A stretch of 64,000 bases of DNA, from contig OX597815.1 in assembly GCA_951406725.2 (NCBI GenBank), forward strand, positions 113,522,001 through 113,586,000, in the 5' to 3' direction. Origin of the DNA: Octopus vulgaris. Lineage: Eukaryota. Positions 52,165 to 64,000 of this stretch are shown here, in pieces. A program made the translations under genes and the position numbers. Numbering within the stretch: position 1 is the stretch's first letter; the number at the start of each line of letters is the position of its first letter. The notes under the pieces were generated by a model. The model ran no database searches, was not told where the DNA came from, and was given only the letters and a program-made list of their open reading frames with translations.

Positions 52165-53432
52165 TCAGGTCATTAAGAAATGTCCGATTTTGAATTGAAA
52201 GTTTATTTTATTTGATCTCAACAAAAAGCAATGTAGTTAATCAAAGTATGCACCTAATTTATCAAGGCAAATTTGCCATTTTATTGGTAGCTTATTTATG
52301 CCAGCAGTGAAGCATTCTGGAGAGCAAGAGGTGAAGAGGTGATAAAATCATGAAAGGTTGTTTTTACATCTTTTTCTCACTTGAAGTTTTTTCCTTACAA
52401 AATGTTGTCTAATGCCTGGAAAGCATGATAGTCAGTTGGTGCAATGTCTGGTGAATATGGTGGATGACAGAGTACTTCCAAGTCTGGTTCCTGTAACTTG
52501 AGTAGCATTCTTTGCACAATATTTGGTTGAGCATTATTTTGCAATAGACTGTCTCTATCAACCAATTTCAGTTGTTTAATTGCAAGTTCACTCAACATTT
52601 CATCCAATTGGTTGATGTATACATCCGCTGTAATTGACTTACCAGGTCTCATGAAGCTGTAGTGGATGACACCAGTGCTGGACCACCAAACAGACACCAT
52701 TAGCTTTTTTTGGTGAATATTCTTTTTTATATTGTGTTTTGGCACTTTGTCTCTATTGAACCACGATGCAGAATACTTGCTATTGTTGAAAAGAATCCAT
52801 TTTTCATCACACATAACAATACGATGCAAAAATTGTTTGCTTTTATGCCATGACAGCAAGTTTCAAGATGACTTGTCATTTGATGCTCATTCAGTTTGTG
52901 TAGTACTCACTTGTCCAGCTTCTTTACCTTACCAATTTGTTTCAGATGGTCTAATACAGTTAGAATTGAAATATCAAATCTTGCTGCTAACTCCCACTTA
53001 GTTTGAGATGTATCTGCATCCACTACAGTTTCTAGCTCATCATTATCCACCTTGGTCTCAGGTCTACCATGGGGCTGATTTTCAAGAGTAAAGTTACCAG
53101 ACTGGAACTTCTTAAACCATCGACATACAGTGTGCTCATTCATCACGTCTTCACTAAACACCTCATTGATGTTTTGAGCTGTCTAGGATGCATTGGTTCC
53201 ATGACGGAACTCATATTCATAAACAGCATTAATTTTTTTAACTATCCATGGGTTCAAAATTGATTTACAAGAAAAAACTCACAATATTATCAGACACCAT
53301 GAATTGCATTTTGAAAAGTGATGTAACTCTTCAATGTTGTAAAACAAAGAATTGTCAGTATAAAGCATTAGAGTTAATGACTATCAAACTTGGTACATAA
53401 GAAAATCAAACATTTCATTCTTAATGACTTGA
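52165..53432 (-). mobile_element. Full-length but decayed mariner element
   Basis: TIRs TCAGGTCATTAAGAA / TTCTTAATGACTTGA with TA. Transposase fragments WFKKFQSG..GRP, RIVMCDEKW and HPPYSPDIAPTDY. Confidence 0.88.
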
Positions 53433-53843
53433 TATATGTGTGCATGCATGCATGTGTGTTTATATCTGTGTACACATGCAAGCTTATTGGCTCCTTCCAA
53501 ACTAGAATCATTCAGATTAATACATCAAGGAATCCAAGTTACATACTCTTCTTTGATTGCTTCTTTTCATTCTTATTTTGATATCAGATAGTAGCATTAA
53601 TTGGTAGATATAAATGAGAGATGTATTGTGTTGACCTGATTTTCTGTACAAGGTCTGCATTGTAACTATTAGATAAGTTGGAAATAAATTGAGCTAATGA
53701 GCAAATAAACAATTGAAGATAGTTTTTTTGTAAAATTTATTACAATTCAACTGTCCTCGCTGAATGTAAGTAAAAACTTGAAATGATGGTTCTTTTATTA
53801 GTTTTGATGAGTAGTGTTCCAGTTGTTCTGTTGACAGAGCTAC

Positions 53844-54450
53844 AGGGTGTTCAGGCTAAATTTGACAGTTTGCATAAAAGGAAAAGAAAACAATATTCCA
53901 TCCAAAAATACAAGTATTTTAAAAAATCAAAAAATATCAGCTAGATTATGGCTGGGAGATAACAGCTTACTTAAAGTAACCACCCTCAGCTTCTACCACA
54001 GTCTCAAGATAGTTCCAGAGCCTGATACATGCATTCCTCACTGTGTCCCTAAGAAGATCTACAAACATATCAGTGATCTTGGCTACTAGCTCAGCCTTGG
54101 TGTTGCAGGTAGAGTGGTTGTTGTCTCCCAACTGCACACCACACCTAGTAATCTATGTGATTACAATCAGGGGAATTATGAGGCCAGAAATTGGGTTTGG
54201 TGAAGTCAGAAATTCACCAACAACCTTTTCTTACACTTTCTGGGGGTATGGCAAGGAATCCAATCCTGCTGCCAAACATGACCTTCCAACAGTAACCCTC
54301 TCCATGGAGGGTTTAATCACAGTCTCCAGCAGCTTCACATAGTTATTTGAATTGAGTCTAAGATGCTGTTCAAAGATGTCAGGCACCATGATATCACCTT
54401 CACTGGAGACTCACCTAAAGACCATCACAGTGGCTCTATTATAGTGTGTC
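53844..54450. mobile_element. Degraded Tc1-like element fragment
   Basis: TA-CAGGGTGTTC start; no intact ORF and no right TIR found. Confidence 0.35.
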
Positions 54451-57400
54451 ATTTGGCTCTATTATAGTGATGGCAACACTATTGCTGAATGAGCATGAGA
54501 GATGATAAACTATAAAAGCAAATAACCTACAAAAGTTGGATATGTAATGAACAATGTTGAAGATAAGTTAAGAAAATTTATGCTGATCAAGAATTAGTCC
54601 CAGCTTTTAAGTGATAGCTGGCAATAAATAATGCCAAAATAGACCAAAGGAAAGATGGTGAGATACAGCTTTAGAGTGGGTAGGAGAATTGGGGAAAACA
54701 ATATTGATTTTGTGTTTGGCTTAAGGCCTTTAAATTTCTTAGGAGTAGTGTTGATTGAATTAACCCCAATATTTCTTATTTTACTGACTTTTGAAATATA
54801 TGAAGGGCAGAGTTAATCCAAGTGTAGCACAAAGCTTTAAGTCTGACACTACTATTTCTGTCACTTCATTCACCTTGTGAATTAAGAGACAATATTGTCA
54901 ATTCATGTAATGTTTAAATATTTAATCTTCCTTTCATATCAGTTGTGCTAAGTGTCACTGGCTTTTCAATTGTAAACCTTTAATACAATCGTAGAAATAA
55001 TTTTTCTTGAGTACCAAGAAGTGTTTATTATATATATTACAAGTGTCTAGATATTTTCTTGCTAGTTTCAGTCACTGGACTGTGACCATGTGGGGGCACT
55101 GCTTTCAAATATTTTTAGTCATTCATATTAACCTGAGTGTTTATTTTATCAGATGGTTAAATTACAATTTGACAAAGAGAGATGTACTGTTTCTGACTGC
55201 ACCACTATAATCTGCTAAATTCCACTAATAAAGCATAGGTAATAGAAGACACTTGTGATTCCATGTGGTTTCTGCAGTCATCATAACATTAATGGCATCA
55301 GTCTCACTAGTCTTAGAGGTGAAGACCATCATCACAGACCTTTCCTTCACCCAAAATACTATGCAAAAATGCCTACATCTACCAACAGCAAAACATATTA
55401 TCATTGATAATTATAAACTGTAAAGCTGAAATTAATTTGTCCTCAGTTATTAATTAGTATTTGATTTTTTCAAAAAACTCAAAAAACTATCTTTTTATCA
55501 ATTCACAAAATTTCTTCTCTGAATTAACATCACAAATGTACAATCTTTAAATAATAACCAACCATCATCTTCGAATAAATCTTTGTTGTCTCTCTTTACA
55601 CATCTCTAATTAAATGTCATCATTATCATCTAAAATCCATGTTCCTTGATGGCATGGGTTGGATGGTTTGACAGGATCTTATGGGTCCAAGGACTGCATC
55701 ATACTGCAGTGTTTACTTTGATATGGTTCCCACAACTGGATGCCCTTCCTAAACCCAATCACTTTACAGCATGTACTGGCTGCTTTTCTCATACCAAAGG
55801 CAAAAAAAAGAATTCCTAATTATATGTTACTTTTCTTCACATCCATAATCTTCACTGTTAATCTTTTTCCTTTCTCTCTCACCTTTTCACCTCTTCCAGT
55901 TAATTTATCCATCACTATTAGAATGCATTTCATCTTTCTTTGGTAAAGAGTCCTGATAAAAATGTGTACTTCTCTTCTTTACAACAAACTAATTTATTCC
56001 ATTGTGTGAACTTTTGACGTTTGCTACATGCTGATGTAAATAATTACAAGTTTCTTCACACTCAATTTAAAGAAATTCAGTTTGAAGAAGTTCAGTTAGG
56101 AATAAATAAATTAAGGGTTAGCAAAGAGAAGACCTACAAAGATATTGTTAGTGAAATAGGTGCTGATGTGACTGGTTAAGAAACTTGATTCCCAACTATG
56201 TAGTTTCAGATTCACTCACATTGTGTTGCATTTTGGACAAGTACCAGTACCTTCTATAGCCGTGGGTTGACCAAAACCTTGTGGATGGATTGTCTAGAAG
56301 CCTCTTAAACATTGTTGACATACATTATGTGAAATGAATGCACAGTCATTCAGAATGTATATAACGAAGTTGAACAATATTTTTGCCTTACTTCTTGGTT
56401 AATGCTCCCCTCCCAGCTAAAGCAGGTTTTTTTTTGTCTTGAAAGCTATCCAGTGAACTTGTCAGTATTGGTGCCACATAAAAAGCATCTGTGCCAGTGC
56501 CATGTAAAAAGCGCCCAGTACACTTTGTAAAGTGGTTGGCATTAGGAAGGGCATCCAGCCATAGAAACCAAGTCAAAACACACAATTGGAACCTGATGCA
56601 GCTCTAGCCATGCCACCCAACCCATACCAACATGGAAAACACGTTTAATGATGATGAATAGTCTATATTTGGTTCATTATTTGATGTAAGACAAAATATT
56701 TGAAATCCTTGAAAGCAAGGTAGATTATTGTGTCAAAGTAAATTCAGGAAGTACCAGCTGGTGACAGGAATCTCTGTCCAAGGTGATTCATCATGAGTTA
56801 GGTTAACTTTTTTATGACTAAACTATTCGCTAAACTACTATGATCTCAAATTCACTGATAGATGTACAGAAACAGTTCAAGATTTAACTAATGCTTTATA
56901 AGTACAATTGTTTTAGCACAGCATTTTTGACTGAGGAGATTCCCTATACTTAAATATCTCAATATCTTTTGATTCAGGAAATTTATAAATAAAGATCTGT
57001 TTAACAACTGTTGGTTGTAGCAATCCCAGCATCGGTTAGGGTCTCAGATTTATCTTTACCTTTCTTGGGGTTTTTAGACTTCAATTTTAATTAATAAAGG
57101 AATGCCTGACATCTGCATTAAACTGAATGCCATGTGTTCATATTTTCTACAATTCCCAAAATCCTTTGCTGCATCACTTCTCAGTCCATTGTATACTTTC
57201 ATTCTGTATTCTTGTGTGCTTAAAGTTTCTCTGTGTGTCTCATACTGAATTTACTTTAATGGATCTCAAGTTATTGGTTAGTGGCATTTTTAGAGCTTTG
57301 GAAATCTTTCTTGTAGTCACTTTTTAAAGTTATCTCTGCAGATTTCCTATAGAAATCATAGCCAGTATTGAAAGTTACGACGTTTCGTATACGCATACGA

Positions 57401-59199
57401 CTATGTAAACAATGCGATCGAGGACAGAAAAATAGGTAATGAGTGTATATGCATATTTCAGGTGTTCTTGTTCCATTTACATCACTGCACTCAACCTGTT
57501 AACCATCCACGAAAACTTCGCATAAATAGCCACTAAATTTAGATATGTAGTAGTTATTTCCCCTTAATCGCTATTAGATCACATACGAACGTATTTAATT
57601 CGAAAGGCTGAGTTTGATTAACTAACGCCGCATTTTAACCTTTATTCTTCATTTTAACACATAAGTGACATGGTATATTTTTTTCATTAAAGTTTTTCAT
57701 CATATATTATATGTTTTAAAATATCCAAATTTTACTAGTTTTAAACTCTCAAAATAATTCTATCAAGAGGCAAATTAATCTATTTTAAATACCGTTAGTG
57801 CTTGCATAATTTGAATTTTTTTTTTATTCCTGACTATAAAATTACCTACCAAACAGGTGCATTCTTTTTACATACCACGGTCTAACAAGATAGTCCACAT
57901 ACTTAAACTAGTTTAAACAATTCGAGTTGTTCATCAACTCAATTTCTAAATAGTCACACTCTCAGAGAACTTGTTTTCCTCTTTCTTCCTTGTGCTGCTT
58001 CATCTGACCAAATAAACTCTGTCCACAGAAATGTAAAATAGTTCAGTTTACGTGCCTACTTGTGAATTTTTATTTCATCTGTAACCACGACTGTCATAAG
58101 TTTGTTTCTCGCAGTAAATACGTTTTTGTTTTCTTTAATTTTCTTTTTCTAGTAAGGCGCTTTAATTATACTTTAGACAAATTAATATCTGTTTTATCAA
58201 ACCAGAAAATGATTTCCATTACATCTATGATTTCATCATCATTATCATCATTTAACGTTTGTTTCCCATGGTGGCATGGGTTTGACCAGATCTGGTAAGG
58301 CCATGGGCTGCACTAGGCTTCATTGTCTATTCCGGCATGGTTTCTACAACTTGATGCCCTTCCTAACACTAGCCACTCCATAGAGTGTACACCAGTGCTT
58401 TTAACGTAGCACCAGTATCAACACTGTGGCAGATGGGTTATCTTGACTACTGCAAGGTACCAGATATTTCAGTCCTTTTAAACCTATACTAGAAGTAGAG
58501 ATTTGTCATTTAATCAGCTATGGACAGCAGCCAAAAGAAATAAGAAGAGTTCTATGAACCTTTGTTAAAAGAATTTTTGAAAGCAACAAATCATATCTCT
58601 GAGGGTCTGCAAAGATTATGGGAACAACCCTTCCTCCTGATCAAATGAAAAAAGAATTAAAATGAAAATTGGTATTCCAAACTAAAGCTATTCAGGTGGG
58701 GCCTCCATTTTAAGTGTCAATCACTTAAAGTGGCTGGAAGTATTGAAAGCTGATCTCAAAATGCTGAACCTTATAAGGGAGATGACAGAGAATCAGGCTA
58801 TATGGTGCATTGCAGTACTCGAGAAGACCTACCCACCATAACAGAATTTGAGATCCTAAAACCAAGGTACTACATAAAAAGTACCCATTATACTCTGCAG
58901 AGTGGTTGGCATTAGGAAGGGCATCCAACCATAGAGACCAACCTGAAACAGACTATGGAACCTGGTGCAGCCCCTGACCTTGCTAGTTCTTGTCAAGCCA
59001 CCCAACCCATGCTAGCATTGAAAATAGAGGTTAAATGTTGAGGATGATGATCTATCCACATGAAAAGCACTGGTGTTAGTGCCATGTAAAAAGCAACCAG
59101 TACACTCTGTAAAGTGGTTGGCATTAGGAAGGGTATCTAGTCATAGAAACCAGGCCAAAACAGACTGTGGTACTTGGTGATTGTGTGTGTATGTATATA

Positions 59200-59732
59200 C
59201 AGGGTGTCCCAAAAAAATGTATACACTTGCTGCAACAGTCTGTCATGCCAAGCATTAGAGAGGACTTTGAACAGGAAGAGTTTTATTTCCAGCAAGATGG
59301 GGCACCTCCACACTTCCATCGCGATGTTAGATCCTTTCTTGATGGGATCTTGCCAAACAGGTGGATTGGACGGAGAAGTTTTGTCGAATACCATCCACAT
59401 TCACCAGACCTCACACCATTAGACTTCTTTTTATGGGGATACCTAAAGGACAAAGTCTACGCACAGAAACCTGCAACAGTCATTCAATTGAGGGCAACCA
59501 TTGAACATGAATGTACGAATATCCCAAGGGAATTGTTCCATGATGTGCGCCATTCCATCGCTTCGCGTTGTCAGCAGTGTCTGGAGCAGAACGGACATCA
59601 GTTTGAGAACATGCAATAACAAGACAATAGAATGATATTTGAAAATTCTTTTACATGTTGAAAATTATTCGAATTATAATAAACCCCAAATTTACAATTA
59701 TTTAAGGTGTGTATACATTTTTGGGGGACACC

Positions 59733-59735
<3 letters not shown>
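59200..59735 (+). mobile_element. Internally deleted Tc1/mariner-superfamily element retaining the transposase C-terminus
   Basis: TIRs CAGGGTGTCCC..AAAAATGTATACAC flanked by TA; FQQDGAPPH and SPDLTPLDFFLWGYLK. Confidence 0.9.
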
Positions 59736-59767
<32 letters not shown>

Positions 59768-60240
59768 GTATGTATGTATATATATATGTATGTATGTATG
59801 TATGTATATAAACACACACATACACAAATACACACATGCTCATGATTGGTACTCAGCATCTCTGTATGTCAAGAGATGATCAGTAAATGTTAGTGACAGG
59901 AAGGACATCTGGCCATAAAACATTGCCTCCAAAAAAATCCATCCTGAACATGCCTCCCTAGAAAGGTGGTCATAAAACAATGACAATGATTACATGTATG
60001 TATGTATACAAATTTTTTTTATTTGTTTCAGTCATTTGGCTGCAGCCATGCTGGAGCACCACCTTTAATTGAACAAATCGTCTCCAGGATTTATTCTTTG
60101 TAAGCCTAGTACTTATTCTATCAGTCCTTTTTTGCCAAACTGCCAAGTTACAGAGATGTAAACACACCAGCATTGGTTGTCAAGCAATGGTGGTGGTGAT
60201 GGTGAGGGTGAGGGACACAGACAAATAAATATACACATGC

Positions 60241-60278
<38 letters not shown>

Positions 60279-62858
60279 GACAGGCTTCTTTCAGTTTCCG
60301 TCTACCAAATCCACTCACAAGGCTTTGGTCGGCACGAGAATATAGTAGAAGACACTTGCCCAAGGTGCCATGCAATGGGACTGAACACAGAACCATGTGT
60401 TTGGTAAGCAAGCTACTTAGCACACAGCCACTCTTGTGCCTATAAAAGCAGTACTCCAACCACCAGATGCCAATCAGTTTAGTTAATTCTACTGTATCAA
60501 TAATATACAAAATAATATTAAATTATTGGTTGTATGTTTTATTTTTTAATCTATTAGCCTTGAAGATAGGAATTTCTCAAAAGGTTTAAAATCATTATAT
60601 TATTGTAGGATTGAAAATTGATGCAAATGATAGCATGTCCAATTAAATACTTTGCAGTATCTAGTTTTGTTTTCTTTTTTCGACATTCTATATTTAAATC
60701 ATCATCATTTATTGTCAGTTTTCCATGGGTTGGATGGTTTGATAGAATGTGGCCAGCCGGAGAGTTGCACTAGGTACTCTAGTTGTCTGTTTTGGCTTGG
60801 TGTATACAGCTGAGTGCCTTTCTTAACACCAACCACTTCACAGAGTGTACTGGGTGCTTTTCATATGGCACTGGTACGGGTGCTTTTTTACATTGCACCA
60901 GTATATAGATATATCATCATCCATCATTTTGAATTCAGGTTTCGTCCCCGTTAATGGGGGTGGCTGGATCTACCTCAATGCCATAGCAACCGCCCTCACA
61001 CTATCTCACCATCTTGCCTGGTTTTGGGCGTCCTCCCTTCTTAAACCAACTCTCCCAATCTCCTCCTCCACACTTTCCTCAGTCTACTTCACTCTCAATG
61101 TCCATTCACCTAGTACAAGGTTACCCAGCCGGAGAGAGAAAGATCAGGAATGAAAACAGAAACAGGTGTGCTATTGCAAAGAAAATACATGGTTGCCCAA
61201 CCTGAGAGAAGTGCAGGAGAAAGGGAGAGTGAGAGTGGGAGACCGCAGGATAGAGATGGTGGAAAAATGCCAGGCATACACACAAGGAATGGGGATCAGA
61301 GTATAAATGAGATGGTTGAGTAAAGGAAGAGAGAGATATAGATGGTGGCAAGTACCAGGACATATCCTTGAGGTTCAAATACCATAATATAAGTGACAGG
61401 ATATTGTGAAGGGAGTGAGATTAAAGAGTGCAAGTAAGTGGCAAAAGACCTGGGTATATATAGAGTTGGAGTGGCTACAGGGTAGCAGCAATACAGAGGA
61501 ACAGGAGTGTGAGGATAGGATTGGGGAGTGAGAGCTAGGTATAGTTTATGAAGGAGGAAATGCGAGAAAGAGATGTTGATTGGTTTGTTGGGGTAGGGTG
61601 AGGGAAAGTTTTCTTGTTATGCATGTATGTATATGTGTGTGTGTGTGTGTCTGTGTTTGTTCCCCACCATCACTTGACAACTGATGTTGGTGTGTCTATG
61701 TCTCCATAACTTAGCAGTTCAGCAAAAGAGACTGATAGAATAAGTAGCAGGCTTACAAAGAATAAGACCTGTGGTTGATTTCTTCGACTAAAACCCTTCA
61801 AAGTGGTGCATTCAAATGATTGAAATAAATAAAAGAATATGTAGCCTCAGCATGGCCACAGTGAAATGACTAAAACAAGTAAAAGATAAAAGTTATATAT
61901 ATTATATATATAATCATGTATTTTGCAAGCAGTAATGCTTTTGGTTATAGCTTTCCGACACTTTCACTTTATTTCTTTGACAATGAAGAGTTACTGTGGC
62001 TCAGATGAACTAGAAACCACAAAGTACTTTGTTTGAATTAAATGCTTCTGTTTAGTAGTTTCCATGCCAGTGTCTATTGGCAGACATTGTATGCATATGT
62101 ACATGAATAAGATGTGCCTCTACACATTCTTTGTGTTTTTATTTTACTCTTTTACTTGTTTCATTCATTTGACTGCAGCCATTCTGGAGCACTGTATATA
62201 AAATTTTTGTTCACAATGCATTGGGCAACCTGAGACTATGATTGAAGACACTTGCCTAAGATATCACTCAGTGAGATCAGGCTCAGAGCTGTGTTGTGAA
62301 GTGAGCTTCTTAACCACACAGCAACAGAATCTGTTTTTATTCTCTTTGGGTTAATTCTGTCAACCAGAGTTCTTCCTTACAAATGTAGGGTATTTTGCTT
62401 TTGTAAAAAAAAAGAATTGAAAAAGCAATATCATGATTAAATGATTTTTCTAACCTCAATACAGTGCCATAAATTTTGAGGGAGGAAATATTTGATTAAG
62501 CCAAACCCAATATTTGACAAATAAAGAAGGCAAGAATAGTCAATTAAATTGACCCCAGTACTCGACTCGTTCCAAGGGCTGGGATTGCTTGATGAAATCA
62601 ACTCCAGTAGTTGGTTTGTTCTTTTGTTCTAAAGGAATGGAACAGCTAATTGAATTGATCCTATTGACAAACAAAGTTGAAAGGAACAGTTGATTTTATT
62701 GAATCCATAAAGATGAATGACAGTCAGTCCTGGTGGGATTTGAATCCAGACAAAAAAGGAAAGCATGGTTTGCAAAATGAAAAAAACATAATAATTTTAA
62801 GTTGTTAACCCAATTACTTTAACCATTCCCTTAATCTTTTTTTTTTTTTCATTTACAG

Positions 62859-62976
62859 ATCAATGTATTTTGATGAAGATGGAGATCTTGCGCATGAATT
62901 TTACGAAGAAGTATTTCTCGACCGAATGGGGAAGAAGCGCATGATGCGTAAACAAGAGCGGAACTTGATAGCGCAG
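62859..62976 (+). CDS. TUSC2: TUSC2/FUS1 coding exon 2 (SMYFDEDGDLAHEFYEE...NLIAQ)
   Basis: Polypyrimidine tract plus TTTACAG acceptor; 118 nt, phase-compatible with exon 1; signature DEDGDLAHEFYEE; CAG|GTAG donor. Confidence 0.95.
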
Positions 62977-63981
62977 GTAGGTTGGTGGGTTTGCTTTTTG
63001 TTAAAAGTAACAGTGCTTATGAGACTAAACTAGTTGTTTTAGGTGTTGAGAACTTAGAAAATGTATGTGTTCTAGAGCTGGCGTGTCTCTTAGAAGTGAT
63101 ATGTCACTTACAGGAGTAATTCTCAGTCTGGCAAATACTAGACTCTGGTAAAAAAAAAACATATTAGTGACATTATTTTTGTCCTCCCCACTCTTTATTA
63201 CTGGAAAGATAAATGTGAGTTTGCTTTCTATAATTTTTTTTTAACTATGGTAATTAACAAGTTGAAAAGCTTGAAATCATTTTAATTTTATTTAACATGG
63301 CAATTTTTCCTCCCCTCTTCATCCCACAGCATTCTCTGAATGAGAAATACTGACAGAAAAGTAGTGTGTCACTTAGAAGTGGTATGTAATACAGAGGTAT
63401 TTTGTTAGGTGAAGTTTGTGTTGTAGTATCACAGAGAGATGGTGTGTCACTTTATAGGTCCAAGGTGTCTAGAGATGATGTGTCACTGAAAGGTACTTAC
63501 CAATGTTTATTCGTTTTGTTTCATGGTTTGATCGGTTTTACGTAAAGTAGCTTATAAACGTTGATTTTATACCCTTATGTCTGCAATATTATCTTTTTTC
63601 AGTATATTTTCATTGTTTGAACTTAGTGCATGACTGAAAAATTATTCATCAGCCATTGAAATTACTACATAGAAGGGAGGTAACTTTATCGGTAATTGGA
63701 GCTGTAATAGGCTAAACTTGATGTTTAAATTTATAATGACAAATTAACGTAATTTATAGCAGAGATGTTAATTAGGAAGATATATACAGATATAAAACAT
63801 AAAATTTGATTGTTTTTACCTTTAGATTCTATATGTAAATTTTACTGCATTATTAATATCAACAATGTCAATAGAATACATTTTCCTTGTTTAGAGATTG
63901 TTTAATGTTGAGATGTCTCAAACTGCCACCATTTAATCAATAGCTCTGTTTTCTAATATTTCTGTTTTTGTTATTTTCTAG

Positions 63982-64000
63982 GGTGAAATTGAGCTTCCAT
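63982..64000 (+). CDS. TUSC2: TUSC2/FUS1 coding exon 3, start only (GEIELP...), runs off the window
   Basis: TTTTCTAG acceptor, phase 0; corresponds to human GIVKLD following NLIPQ. Confidence 0.8.

Overview
AT-rich, repeat-dense animal genomic DNA. The SINE families, long (TA)n tracts and RTE tails resemble an octopus/coleoid cephalopod; this is inferred from repeat recognition, not a search. Two host genes are supported: an intronless tRNA 2'-phosphotransferase (TRPT1/Tpt1, minus strand, ~15.3-16.0 kb) and TUSC2/FUS1 (plus strand, three coding exons at 43508, 62859 and 63982, none in the ORF track). The rest is mostly transposon debris: Penelope-like elements (PLEs), RTE, CR1/L2, R4- and CRE-like LINEs, Tc1/mariner, pogo, piggyBac-type MITEs, Helitrons and tRNA-derived SINEs. 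The most interesting signal is non-coding: hammerhead ribozyme (HHR) motifs from several distinct families. The best is a 493-bp non-coding, circularly permuted unit present as tandem plus inverted copies at 19.7-20.8 kb, with an intact type-I hammerhead and an unusually long stem II, a candidate retrozyme/circular-RNA element. Intact hammerheads also lie in both pseudo-LTRs of a Naiad-like PLE at 28.8-33.7 kb.
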